The notes under the pieces were generated by a model. That model was not told the origin of the DNA. It did no database searches and saw only the letters and a program-made list of their open reading frames with translations. DNA of 64,000 nt from an uncultured Gemmatimonadales bacterium. GTDB taxonomy: Bacteria > Gemmatimonadota > Gemmatimonadetes > JACCXV01 > JAHWKZ01. Shown here in pieces: positions 26,721 through 36,069 of the stretch (position 1 is its first letter; every line of letters starts with the position of its first letter). A program made the position numbers and the translations under genes. Location of the stretch: positions 6,276 to 70,275 of the forward strand of contig CAMYLR010000023.1 in the NCBI GenBank assembly GCA_947259315.1, given 5' to 3'.

Positions 26721-28058
26721 CTACTCGGCGGCCCGTCCGTTGGACTCGAGGTCGACGCGATCCCCTGGATCGGGCACCGACGCGCGCCAGCCCAGCTCGT
26801 CGCCGAGACGGGTGACCAGCGCCGCCGCTGCGTCGGGTTCGCCGTGCACGGCGTAAGCGGCCTGGGGCGGCCGGGTCGTTGTGCCAAGCCACTGCATCAG
26901 CTCGTTGCCTCCGGCGTGCGCCGACATGCCGTGCAACGTCTCGACGGTCGCGCGCACCGGAACCTCGTCATGGAAGATGTAGACAGTACGATCGCCGGAA
27001 GCGAGCTGATGGCCGCGCGTCCCGTGCGCCTGGTAGCCGACCATGAGCACCGTCGTCCGCGGATCCGGCAACCGCTTTCGCATGTGGTGCAGCACGCGAC
27101 CACCGGTCACCATGCCGCTGGCCGAGATGATGATGATCGGCTCGTCGATCTCATTGATCGCCTTCGATTGCTTGCGGCTGCGAGCAAGGCGAAAGTCCGT
27201 GCAGCGCAGCGGTGTGTCCTCGGCGATCACGCGCTCCCATGTCTTGTCATCGAACTCCTCGCGGTGACGGCTGTAGATATCCACTGCGTCGAGCGCCATC
27301 GGGCTGTCGACGAACGTCGGCAAGCAAGGGATCCGATTGGCGCGCTCGAGCTCGTTCAGCTGAACCATCAGCGCCTGGGTGCGGCCGATGGCAAACGCCG
27401 GCACGATCAGCGCTCCCCCGCGCTCTACCGCCGCCAGCACGACGCGTTCGAGTTGGTCGGCGACCGGCTCGTGATCGTGGACGCGATCGCCATAGGTCGA
27501 TTCCGTGACCACGTAGTCGGCGTCACCGATCGGATCCGGATCGGGGAGGATCGGCACCCCGAACCGCCCGATGTCACCCGAGAAGACGATCCTCGACCGG
27601 TCACCGTTCTCCTCGATGTCGAAGGCGACGAATGCAGCCCCAATGATGTGGCCGGCGCGATGGTACGTCGCGGTCAGGCCGTCACCGAGATCGATCGGCT
27701 CACCGTGCATGATCGACGTAGCGCGTTTGGCGGCGGCACGGCCCTCGTCAGCCGTGTACAGCGGCAGCGCCGGCTTGTGCGACGTGATTCCCTTGCGATT
27801 GCGGTAGCGCGCCTCCTCCTCCTGCAGCCCGCCCGAGTCTTCGAGCAGCACGCGGAGCAGATCGACGGTCGCCGGGGTCGCGTCGCCGAGCTGCATATCG
27901 ACGCCCCGACGGGCCGCTACTGGATCGTTTCGCTGACGCAGTTTCTTCGACCCCTGAAAGAGACCGCAGTCGATCAGGATCCGACGTCCAGCGGCCTCCA
28001 ACAAGTGCTTGGAGCCGGTCACGACCTTGGCCGCACCGATAAACTCGATCGTCGCCAT
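26721..28058 (-). CDS. beta-CASP family metallo-beta-lactamase-fold protein (RNA-metabolising MBL type) lacking the HxHxDH motif
   Basis: MATIEFIGAAKVVTGSKHLLEAAGRRILIDCGLFQG (motif 1 Asp)..YHRAGHIIGAAFV (motif 3)..FSGDIG (motif 4)..VTESTYG (beta-CASP A)..GMSAHAG (C). There is no HxHxDH anywhere in the 445 aa. Confidence 0.75.
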   Translation of the reverse strand: MATIEFIGAAKVVTGSKHLLEAAGRRILIDCGLFQGSKKLRQRNDPVAARRGVDMQLGDATPATVDLLRVLLEDSGGLQEEEARYRNRKGITSHKPALPLYTADEGRAAAKRATSIMHGEPIDLGDGLTATYHRAGHIIGAAFVAFDIEENGDRSRIVFSGDIGRFGVPILPDPDPIGDADYVVTESTYGDRVHDHEPVADQLERVVLAAVERGGALIVPAFAIGRTQALMVQLNELERANRIPCLPTFVDSPMALDAVDIYSRHREEFDDKTWERVIAEDTPLRCTDFRLARSRKQSKAINEIDEPIIIISASGMVTGGRVLHHMRKRLPDPRTTVLMVGYQAHGTRGHQLASGDRTVYIFHDEVPVRATVETLHGMSAHAGGNELMQWLGTTTRPPQAAYAVHGEPDAAAALVTRLGDELGWRASVPDPGDRVDLESNGRAAE

Positions 28059-28069
28059 GGACGCGGAAA

Positions 28070-29137
28070 CTATACGATCAGCATCGCGTCGCCGTAGGAG
28101 TAAAACCGGTAACCGGATTCGACGGCGTGACGGTAGGCGTCGAGGATGAGCTCGGTGCCGGCGAACGCGGCTACCAAGAGCAGCAACGTCGACCGCGGCA
28201 GGTGAAAGTTGGTGACCAGCGCGTCGACGGATCGAAACTCGTGGCCGGGCCGGATGTAGAGGTCGGTCCAACCTTGATGGGTCGCCGATTCGAGCGCTCG
28301 GACGGTGGTCGTCCCGACCGCCACCACGCGGTTGCCGCGTTGGCGAGCTCGCGCCACAGCGTCAGCGGTCGCTTGGGGCACAGCGACCCACTCGGAATCC
28401 ATCGTGTGATCCTCCGCGCGTTCGGCGGTCACCGGTCGAAACGTGCCCGGCCCGACGTGAAGCGTGAGCGTCGCGCGTTCGATGCCGCGCTCCTCGAGCC
28501 GAGCCAGCAACTCGGGGGTGAAGTGGAGCCCGGCGGTCGGCGCGGCGATCGCACCGCGGCGGGCCGCGTAAACGGTCTGATACCGTTCGCGATCACTCGA
28601 CTCGTCATCGCGATCGATGTATGGTGGCAACGGCACGTGCCCGTGCGCGAGAATCCACTCCCAAGGTGGCCCGGGGAGATCGAGCTCGAGCTCGCGCGCG
28701 CCAGACTCCTCACGGGTGCCGGTGATCTCAACCACCGCATCGGGTGCCGGAGTGCCATCGTGCGACAAAAGCGTCAACCGCTCGCCGGGCCGAGCCTTTT
28801 TCGCCGGTCTTGCGAGCGCCTCCCACACTTGGCCCGACGCTCGCTCGGGATCCCCGTCATCCAGCGGCCGGGCTAACAGCAGTTCGACCACAGCGCCCGA
28901 GCTTCGGCGTGCGAACAACCGCGCCGGAAAGACGCGCGTGTCGTTGACGACCAATACGTCACCCGGAGCAAGCGCCTCGACCAAGTCCGGGAATTCGGCG
29001 TCACGCCAGCTCCCGGTTTGTCGATCGACGATCAACAACCGGCTTTGTTCGCGACGTTGTGTTGGGTACTGCGCGATTCGGTCGGCCGGCAACTCGTAGT
29101 CGAAGGCGTCCATTGACACTGCACCGCCCTCAGACAT
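28070..29137 (-). CDS. queA: S-adenosylmethionine:tRNA ribosyltransferase-isomerase
   Basis: FDYELPADRIAQYP..SRLL..VVNDTRVFPARL..PLPPYI..YQTVYA...GAIAAPTAGLHFT..LHVG.GTFRPV..AVGTT..RALES..FHLPRSTLL.LV.AF. An alternative start is ATG 29113. Confidence 0.93.
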   Translation of the reverse strand: MSEGGAVSMDAFDYELPADRIAQYPTQRREQSRLLIVDRQTGSWRDAEFPDLVEALAPGDVLVVNDTRVFPARLFARRSSGAVVELLLARPLDDGDPERASGQVWEALARPAKKARPGERLTLLSHDGTPAPDAVVEITGTREESGARELELDLPGPPWEWILAHGHVPLPPYIDRDDESSDRERYQTVYAARRGAIAAPTAGLHFTPELLARLEERGIERATLTLHVGPGTFRPVTAERAEDHTMDSEWVAVPQATADAVARARQRGNRVVAVGTTTVRALESATHQGWTDLYIRPGHEFRSVDALVTNFHLPRSTLLLLVAAFAGTELILDAYRHAVESGYRFYSYGDAMLIV

Positions 29138-29152
29138 CGACGCGACCGTTTG

Positions 29153-29365
29153 CTAACGCACCAGGAAGTTGATCAACAACGTGAGGACGATCGAAACGAC
29201 GAGCGATGTGGCGAGCGGGATGTAGATCGTTGTTTCTTCGCGCCGGATCAGGATGTCGCCGGGGAGCTTTCCCGCTCCGGGGATCTTGGGTCCCAGCAGA
29301 AACAGGACCCCAAGAACGATACATACCAGGCCGAACAGGATCAGGAGTCGTGCGAGCTCGCCCAC
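29153..29365 (-). CDS. DUF2905-family small membrane protein
   Basis: MGELARLLILFGLVCIVLGVLFLLGPKIPGAGKLPGDILIRREETTIYIPLATSLVVSIVLTLLINFL. 70 aa with two TM segments and the characteristic LPGDI motif. Confidence 0.75.
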   Translation of the reverse strand: MGELARLLILFGLVCIVLGVLFLLGPKIPGAGKLPGDILIRREETTIYIPLATSLVVSIVLTLLINFLVR

Positions 29366-29712
29366 TCCGGATCTCCCTCGGCCAATCGACCGATCTGGCG
29401 TACACGATCAACCGACACGACGAGATCGCGACGGCCACTGTCCAGTTCGCGCCATCGCGCGACGTACTCCATGACCTGCCGCTGAACATCCGGCGTCGGA
29501 CCGCGCTCGGTCTCGAGAAACTTTTGGCACACCGCCCCCAGATCGATCTCGAACCGTCGCTCGAGGCGGCGTATCGTGCGACAAAGTCTGAGCTTCGCGA
29601 TGTCACCGATGATCTCTAGTTGCTGCGCCATCCGGGCCGGTGAGTTGTCGTGGACACGGTACCGTTCGGCCGCTGTCTCGGCTTGATCGGAGGTCAGAAC
29701 GATGAAGTGCAT
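29341..29712 (-). CDS. hypothetical protein
   Basis: 123 aa from ATG 29712 (MHFIVLTSDQAETAAERYRV..). Third codon positions are G/C-rich, consistent with coding. No family was recognised. It overlaps the DUF2905 gene start by 25 nt. Confidence 0.4.
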   Translation of the reverse strand: MHFIVLTSDQAETAAERYRVHDNSPARMAQQLEIIGDIAKLRLCRTIRRLERRFEIDLGAVCQKFLETERGPTPDVQRQVMEYVARWRELDSGRRDLVVSVDRVRQIGRLAEGDPEWASSHDS

Positions 29713-29760
29713 AGGTCGGTCGGCAATATACCGCTGAAAAAAGAATGTCCTCACCGGAGG

Positions 29761-29788
29761 TGGACTTGTTTGGTTATTTGGCTAAAAT
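29761..29788 (+). promoter_or_regulatory. possible promoter for arsR, giving a leaderless or very short-leader transcript
   Basis: TGGACT (29761..29766), a 16-nt spacer, then TAAAAT (29783..29788), with the arsR ATG only 7 nt further on. This is the only AT-rich patch in the divergent intergenic region. Confidence 0.3.
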
Positions 29789-29795
29789 ACCACGC

Positions 29796-30128
29796 ATGCG
29801 AAGGCTCGAAGGGAACACCAAACGCAGGCTGGAGGCGCAGGCCCGAGTGATCAAGGCGTTGGCCCACCCGACGCGCCTGTTTCTCGTCGAGGAGCTCTGC
29901 CGGGAGGAACGCTGTGTCTGCGAACTGGCTGAGATGGTCGGCGCGGACGTTTCGACAGTTTCCAAACACCTGGCCGTCCTCCGCGAAGCTGGGATCGTGC
30001 GGGACGAAAAGCGAGGCAAACAGGTCTTCTACCGTCTGCGCATGGACTGCGCGCTCGATTTCGCTTCTTGTGCAAGCGTGATCCTCAAAGAGACGTCTCG
30101 CCGTCAGCTGGAGGCGATAACGAATTGA
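29796..30128 (+). CDS. arsR: ArsR/SmtB-family metalloregulator
   Basis: IKALAHPTRLFLVEELCREERCVCELAEMVGADVSTVSKHLAVLREAGIV, i.e. a winged HTH plus a CVC metalloid-binding motif. The start is taken at ATG 29796. Confidence 0.85.
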   Translation: MRRLEGNTKRRLEAQARVIKALAHPTRLFLVEELCREERCVCELAEMVGADVSTVSKHLAVLREAGIVRDEKRGKQVFYRLRMDCALDFASCASVILKETSRRQLEAITN

Positions 30129-30137
30129 GGTCGTGTC

Positions 30138-31244
30138 ATGAGTGAAGGCGTCGCACGCCGGCTCTCGTTGTTGGATCGCTACCTGACGGTCTGGATCTTC
30201 CTGGCGATAGCGGTGGGGGTCGGCCTCGGGTATTTGATCCCGGAAGTCGAGTCCTTCATCGACCGCTTTCAGGTCGGCACCACCAACATCCCCATCGCGG
30301 TCGGCCTGATCCTGATGATGTATCCGCCGCTCGCCAAGGTCCGCTACGAGGCGCTGGGGAATGTTTTCCGGCACAAGCGGGTGTTGGCCCTGTCGCTCTT
30401 TCAGAACTGGGTCGTCGGACCGATCGTGATGTTCGCGCTGGCGATGATGTTCCTGGCCGACCTGCCAGAGTACGCGGTGGGGTTGATCCTCGTAGGTCTC
30501 GCCCGCTGCATCGCCATGGTTCTCGTTTGGAACGACCTGGCGCGTGGTGATCGCGACCTCGTCGGCGGCCTGGTCGCGCTCAACGCCATCTTCCAAGTGC
30601 TCTTCTACGGCTTTTACGCCTACGTCTTCATCACTCTCTTGCCGCCGTTGTTTGGTATGGAAGGGAGGATCGTCGACGTCACGATCGGAGAGATCGCGCA
30701 GAGCGTCCTCATCTATCTGGGGATTCCCTTTCTCGCTGGGGTGTTGACCCGGCTGATGCTCGTCAAGCGGAAGGGACGCGAGTGGTACGAGCGGGTCTTT
30801 ATTCCGAGAATCAGCCCGGTAACGCTGGTGGCGCTGCTGTTCACGATCGTGGTGATGTTCTCGCTCAAGGGCAATTTCATCGTCCAGCTGCCGCTCGATG
30901 CGGTGCGGATAGCGATTCCGCTCGCTATCTACTTTGTATTCATGTTTCTGGTCACTTTCTTTGCGGGTCGGAGCCGCCGCATCCGGGCCGGCTACGCGGA
31001 GAACGCTACCATCTCGCTCACCGCTGCGAGCAACGACTTCGAGTTGGCGATCGCGGTCGCGGTGGCGGTCTTTGGTGTCGGGTCGGGCGTTGCTTTCGCT
31101 ACCGTGATCGGGCCGCTGGTCGAGGTCCCGGTTCTGATCGGGTTGGTGAACGTCGCGCTCTACTTCGAGCGCCGTTACTACGGTGTGGCACCCGAGCCAG
31201 CTCCGGAACTGGCTCGCGACCTAACCGACGCTTCCCGGATCTGA
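30138..31244 (+). CDS. acr3: ACR3-family arsenite efflux transporter
   Basis: [89 protein letters not shown]. Confidence 0.9.
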   Translation: MSEGVARRLSLLDRYLTVWIFLAIAVGVGLGYLIPEVESFIDRFQVGTTNIPIAVGLILMMYPPLAKVRYEALGNVFRHKRVLALSLFQNWVVGPIVMFALAMMFLADLPEYAVGLILVGLARCIAMVLVWNDLARGDRDLVGGLVALNAIFQVLFYGFYAYVFITLLPPLFGMEGRIVDVTIGEIAQSVLIYLGIPFLAGVLTRLMLVKRKGREWYERVFIPRISPVTLVALLFTIVVMFSLKGNFIVQLPLDAVRIAIPLAIYFVFMFLVTFFAGRSRRIRAGYAENATISLTAASNDFELAIAVAVAVFGVGSGVAFATVIGPLVEVPVLIGLVNVALYFERRYYGVAPEPAPELARDLTDASRI

Positions 31245-33872
31245 GAGCGCGAGCTGGCTGGCGGCTTCGAGGTCCATCGCGAGTCCTTCCGTCCACGCGG
31301 CGTCGAACGGCTGGTTGCCGAGCGCGCTCTTCGTGGCTGCCACATGGCGGTCAAACAGATCACGATCGACGTCGTCGAGGACCGCGCCCATCGGCTTTCG
31401 CAAAGCCTCCGCGGCCCCAAATAGACGCGCGGCGCGCAGGTGGTCGTTTTCCGTGGAAGCGACCTGAGCGAGGCCGACCAATCCGTACATCTTCGTCAGC
31501 CGGTTATCGAACCGAAGCGCCAGAGTTAGTCCCTCGCTGTAATGCTCGCGTGCCCGACCCGTATTGCCCAATTCGAGCTCAGCCTGGCCCAAGTTGAAAT
31601 GCAACACATCCTCGGCGGTGACGTTGCCCTGCGCACGCGAGACCTCGAGTCCCTCGAGGTAGAGCGACCGGGCGTGCTCGAAATCGCCCTGCGCCCGGTA
31701 GGCTTCGGCCAAGTTCCCGAGCAACAGCGATACCGCACGGTGGGCCCATGCAGCGTCAAAATCGCGGGCGATCGCGAGAGCGCGCTCGTGCCGCTCGATC
31801 GCTGCATCGAGCGTGTCCTCAGTGACGTCGATCCGTCCTTGGGCAGCCAACGCGCGGACCATGATCACCGGATCGTTCTCGGCCTCGCCAAGCGCTAGCG
31901 CCTGGTCCGCGACCTTTCGCGAGCGCTCCAGTGAACCATGAAAAAACAGCAGCGAGCTCAGTCCGTACAACGCCTTTCCGCGGTCGCGCGCATCCGTTTG
32001 AGCCTCGGCGTTGACCGCTCGCGTAGCCCATTCGATCCCTTCGGTCAGCGCCCCGGCGCGACGCCAATAGCGCCAAAGCGTGCTCACCATCCGCAGCGCC
32101 GACGCCGACTCTTCCCCTCGGAGACTCCACTCGAGTGCGGCGCGCAGATTGTCGTTGTCCGCTCGCAGGCGATCCATCCAATCCGCCGAGTCGGGACCAC
32201 TCAACCCATCCTCGGCGCGTTCGGTGAGCTCTTCGAACCAACTCAGGTGACGATCGTGAACCGCGTTCGCATCGCCCGTTTCCGCCAGTCGTTGCGCAGC
32301 GTAGTCGCGGGTCGTCTCGAGCATCCGGTAACGCGACTCTCCAGCCGGTTCTCGCTCGACGAGCACCAGCGACTTGTCGACCAGCGCACCCAGTGAATCG
32401 ATCACGTTGGCCGCCGGCCCGCAGACACTCTCGGCGGCGCGCAAGGTCCAACCACTGGCAAACACGGACAGGCTGCGAAACAGCGCTTGCTCGTCCGGTT
32501 CCAAGAGCTCGTAGCTCCACTCTATCGTCGCCTCCAACGTGTCGTGTCTGGCGCCTTTCGCTCTCGAGCCGCTCCGCAAGAGCCGAAACCGATCGTCGAG
32601 ACGATCCGCGATCTCATCGACCGATAGCACAGCGATGCGGGCGGCCGCGAGCTCGATCGCCAGCGGGATCCCATCCAACCCGTGGCACAGCCTGGCTACG
32701 GTAGCCGCGTTTTGTTCGTTGATCGTGAAGTCGCTGCGTGCCAACCGCGCGCGATCGACAAACAGCTGTACAGCATCGAACGCGTGAGCGGCCTCAGCGA
32801 CGGCGGTCGACGGCAGCTGATCCGGATTCGGGGTGTCGAGCACCGGCACCTGCCATACTTGCTCGCCTTCGAGTCCCAGGCTCTCACGACTGGTAGCCAG
32901 AATTCGAACACCCGGGCTGGAGTGAAGCAACAACGCAGCCAGCTCCGCGCATGCATCCCGGGCGTGCTCACAGTTGTCGAGAAGCAACAACACGTGCTTC
33001 GATCGCAGCCCGTCAGTCAGCGTATCGAGCAGCGGTCGCCCACCGGCCTCCCGGATTCCGACCGCTGAAGCGACCGCTTGTGGAACTCGCGCCGGGTCGG
33101 TTACCGCACCCAGCTCAACCAACCAAACGCCGTCCTCGAACTGATCCAACAGCCCGCGTGCCACTCGAGTTGCGAGTCGCGTCTTACCGGTACCGCCAAG
33201 CCCGGTGAGCGTCACCATGCGATGCCGTTCGAGCAGCGCGTTGACCGTCTCGATCGCACGTTCGCGATCGACAAAGCGTGTCAGCCGATGGGGCAGATTG
33301 TGCCGGGGCTGGTCGGATGACTCGAGCGGGGGAAAGTCGCCCTGCAGGCTGGCGTGCAGGAGCTGGAACACACGCTCCTGTCGCTCAACATCGCGCAGCT
33401 GGTGCTCACCGAGATCGAGGAACCCGGCCCCCTCGGGCGCGTGCTCCCCGATCAAATCGCGGGTGGGTCCGGAAACCAAGACCTGGCCGCCGTGTCCGAT
33501 CGAGACCAGCCGGGCGATCCGGTTCAAATCGCGACCGAAGTAGTCTCCATCGCGGTGTTCGGGTTGACCGGTGTGGAGCGCCATCCGCACGCGGAGCTCG
33601 CTACCCGCCTGAACGGAGGTTTCGAGTCCCCGCTGAGCCTCGAGCGCGGCGGCCAATGCGTCAGACGGTGTCGAGAACGCGGTGCAAAAAGCGTCGCCGA
33701 TCGTCTTGAAGATGTGCCCGGAATGGGTTTCGATCGCACGTCGCAACAAAGCATCGTGATCGGCGAGCGCCTTCTCCATGCCGACAGGGTCTTGCTCCCA
33801 AAGCCGGGTGCTGCCCTCGATGTCGGTAAAGAGGAAGGTGACGGTTCCGGTCGGCGGAGACGTGTGCACCAT
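31221..33872 (-). CDS. class III adenylate/guanylate cyclase fused to an NB-ARC/STAND P-loop ATPase and C-terminal TPR repeats
   Basis: The N-terminus reads [49 protein letters not shown]. Then come a P-loop ([14 protein letters not shown]), Walker B (LLLLDNCEH) and [12 protein letters not shown], followed by about 350 aa of TPR-like repeats. 883 aa in total. Confidence 0.85.
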   Translation of the reverse strand: MVHTSPPTGTVTFLFTDIEGSTRLWEQDPVGMEKALADHDALLRRAIETHSGHIFKTIGDAFCTAFSTPSDALAAALEAQRGLETSVQAGSELRVRMALHTGQPEHRDGDYFGRDLNRIARLVSIGHGGQVLVSGPTRDLIGEHAPEGAGFLDLGEHQLRDVERQERVFQLLHASLQGDFPPLESSDQPRHNLPHRLTRFVDRERAIETVNALLERHRMVTLTGLGGTGKTRLATRVARGLLDQFEDGVWLVELGAVTDPARVPQAVASAVGIREAGGRPLLDTLTDGLRSKHVLLLLDNCEHARDACAELAALLLHSSPGVRILATSRESLGLEGEQVWQVPVLDTPNPDQLPSTAVAEAAHAFDAVQLFVDRARLARSDFTINEQNAATVARLCHGLDGIPLAIELAAARIAVLSVDEIADRLDDRFRLLRSGSRAKGARHDTLEATIEWSYELLEPDEQALFRSLSVFASGWTLRAAESVCGPAANVIDSLGALVDKSLVLVEREPAGESRYRMLETTRDYAAQRLAETGDANAVHDRHLSWFEELTERAEDGLSGPDSADWMDRLRADNDNLRAALEWSLRGEESASALRMVSTLWRYWRRAGALTEGIEWATRAVNAEAQTDARDRGKALYGLSSLLFFHGSLERSRKVADQALALGEAENDPVIMVRALAAQGRIDVTEDTLDAAIERHERALAIARDFDAAWAHRAVSLLLGNLAEAYRAQGDFEHARSLYLEGLEVSRAQGNVTAEDVLHFNLGQAELELGNTGRAREHYSEGLTLALRFDNRLTKMYGLVGLAQVASTENDHLRAARLFGAAEALRKPMGAVLDDVDRDLFDRHVAATKSALGNQPFDAAWTEGLAMDLEAASQLALSDPGSVG

Positions 33873-33900
33873 CGATTTGAGTCAGACTCGGGTTGGCTGC

Positions 33901-34974
33901 TCAGCTATCGAACAGGTGTTCCTGCGGGTTGTCGGCGCTGGGTGGCGAACCCGCGATCCCGAGGTGTGTGTAGGCGCGGGCGGTCGCCACTCGACCCCGC
34001 GGCGTGCGATGCAAGAACCCACTCTGGATCAAGAACGGCTCGTGCACTTCCTCGAGCGTGTCGGCGTCCTCGCCGACGGCTACCGCCAGCGAGTTCACGC
34101 CCACCGGACCGCCGCCAAACTTGTCGATCAGTGCGGTCAAGATCCGGGTGTCCATCTCGTCGAGGCCGACGTCGTCGACATCGAGCGCCTCCAGCGCGGC
34201 ACCCGCGATCTCGCCGGTAATCCGACCATCACCCTTTACGAGTGCAAAGTCACGGCTCCACTTGAGCAGACGATTGGCGACCCGCGCCGTACCCCTCGAG
34301 CGCTCAGCGATGACGCCGATGCCGTCCGCATCGATCGCGACGTCGAGGATTCGGCCCGATCGCTCGACGATCTGCGCCAACTCGTCCGAGGTGTAGAAAT
34401 CGAGTCGCGCGGCGTGTTCGAACCGGGAACGTAGCGGACCGGTCAACAGTCCACGTTTGGTAGTCGCGCCGACCAGCGTGAAGTGCTCGAGCGGCAGCGA
34501 TACCGATCGCGCCGCCGGTCCGGAATCGATCAAGATGTCAAGTTGAAACTCTTCCATGGCCGGGTACAAGTACTCCTCGACGACCGTTCGCAGACGATGG
34601 ATCTCGTCGATGAACAAGACGTCGCCGCGCTCGAGACCGGTCAACAATCCGGCCAGATCGCCCGGTTTCTCGAGCACCGGGCCGCTAGTGACGCGGATCT
34701 TGCCGCCCAGCTCGTGGGCCAGGATATGGGCCAGCGTCGTCTTGCCGAGCCCCGGCGGACCGGAGAACAAGCAGTGACCGAGCGGTTCCCCGCGTTGCTT
34801 GGCGGCTTCGATCGAGATCGCCAGGTTTTGTTTGAGCTTCTCCTGTCCCGCGAACTCGGCCAACGTGCGCGGGCGGAGCGTCTGCTCGAACACTTCCTCC
34901 TCGGGCGCCGCCGGCTCGGGGCGCGTGGCGCTCCCCGTCAGGTACGATCGAAACGGCTTGTCGGTTTCTGTCAT
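33901..34974 (-). CDS. ruvB: Holliday junction branch-migration helicase RuvB
   Basis: [60 protein letters not shown]. Confidence 0.97.
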   Translation of the reverse strand: MTETDKPFRSYLTGSATRPEPAAPEEEVFEQTLRPRTLAEFAGQEKLKQNLAISIEAAKQRGEPLGHCLFSGPPGLGKTTLAHILAHELGGKIRVTSGPVLEKPGDLAGLLTGLERGDVLFIDEIHRLRTVVEEYLYPAMEEFQLDILIDSGPAARSVSLPLEHFTLVGATTKRGLLTGPLRSRFEHAARLDFYTSDELAQIVERSGRILDVAIDADGIGVIAERSRGTARVANRLLKWSRDFALVKGDGRITGEIAGAALEALDVDDVGLDEMDTRILTALIDKFGGGPVGVNSLAVAVGEDADTLEEVHEPFLIQSGFLHRTPRGRVATARAYTHLGIAGSPPSADNPQEHLFDS

Positions 34975-34977
34975 CGG

Positions 34978-35571
34978 CTACTCGTTTATCGTGGTCAACG
35001 CGTGACGGGTGATCTCGGGTGCCTCCGCATCGGGGTGATCGTTGAGCGTGTGCTGCACCGCTCGCTCGGCAGCTGAGCGCCGAATCCCGAGTGCGATCAA
35101 CGCCTTGACCGCATCTTCACCCTCGGTCGTCAGCTCGATCGGCTCCTCGTCCACCTCCGACTCGGCCAGATCGGCGACCTTGTCCTTGAGCTCGAGCACC
35201 ATTCGCTCGGCGGTTTTCTTTCCCACACCACTGATGCCGGTCAGCGTCGCCAGGTCCTGGCGCCGAACGGCGGTCACGAACCGCTCCGGGGTCAGCCGGG
35301 ACAGCACGTGGAGCGCGAGCCGCGGACCGATGCCGCTAACGGTGATCAGCGTCTCGAAGAGGCGCCGCTCGCGCGTGGTGGCAAAACCGTACAGTGTTAG
35401 CTCCTCGGCGCGCACGTGCAGATAGGTGACGACGCGCGCTGTTTCGCCCTCGGCGGGCATAGCTTCGTACGTCGACAACGGGATCGCCACCCGGTACCCG
35501 ACTCCACCGACATCGACGATCAACTCGTCGATCGCCTTGCTCACGAGCTCCCCGTTCAACGATCCGATCAT
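34978..35571 (-). CDS. ruvA: Holliday junction DNA-binding protein RuvA
   Basis: MIGSLNGELV..VDVGGVGYRV..LYGF....ERRLFE.L..VSGIGP..AL..ISGVGKKTAERM. The ATG at 35571 overlaps the ruvC stop (ATGA). Confidence 0.93.
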   Translation of the reverse strand: MIGSLNGELVSKAIDELIVDVGGVGYRVAIPLSTYEAMPAEGETARVVTYLHVRAEELTLYGFATTRERRLFETLITVSGIGPRLALHVLSRLTPERFVTAVRRQDLATLTGISGVGKKTAERMVLELKDKVADLAESEVDEEPIELTTEGEDAVKALIALGIRRSAAERAVQHTLNDHPDAEAPEITRHALTTINE

Positions 35572-36056
35572 GTCGACTTCACCGCTGGGACGGCGTCCCG
35601 ATGAAGGTGGCACAGTGCCACCGCCAGACTATCGGTGGCGTCGGGCGGCAGCTCCGCCTCGCCCAACCCTAACAATGAGCACACCATGTACGCGACCTGA
35701 CTCTTGCTGGCACCGCCATTGCCGACAACCGATCGCTTGACCTGACGCGGCGCATACTCGTGGATTGGCAGGTTCGCGCGCCTAGCGGCCAGCAGCAACA
35801 CACCGCGCGTCTGACTCATAACCGCCAACGCCTTGACGTTTTGACCCAGGAACGCGTTTTCGATCGCGATCGCGGCCGGCGAGAACTCTTCGACCAACGC
35901 TCGAAAACCGTCGTCGATCGCGACCAATCGGTCGGGGAGCGATCCCTTACCGCCGCGGATCGTACCGCAGTCGATGCAGACCGTGGATCCGGATCGCTGC
36001 TCGATCACGCCGTAACCGGTTACCGTGCTGCCCGGGTCGATGCCCAGAACGCGCAC
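35568..36056 (-). CDS. ruvC: crossover junction endodeoxyribonuclease RuvC
   Basis: VRVLGIDPGSTVTGYGVI..AIENAFLGQNVKALAVMSQTRGV..YAPRQVKRSVVGNGGASKSQV..PDATDSLAVALCH. The start is at GTG 36056. Confidence 0.9.
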   Translation of the reverse strand: MRVLGIDPGSTVTGYGVIEQRSGSTVCIDCGTIRGGKGSLPDRLVAIDDGFRALVEEFSPAAIAIENAFLGQNVKALAVMSQTRGVLLLAARRANLPIHEYAPRQVKRSVVGNGGASKSQVAYMVCSLLGLGEAELPPDATDSLAVALCHLHRDAVPAVKST

Positions 36057-36069
36057 TGCCTGCCTCCCC

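Noticed and set aside
26844-28097. A 417-aa plus-strand ORF.
   Set aside because: It is antisense to the beta-CASP gene and contains no motifs.
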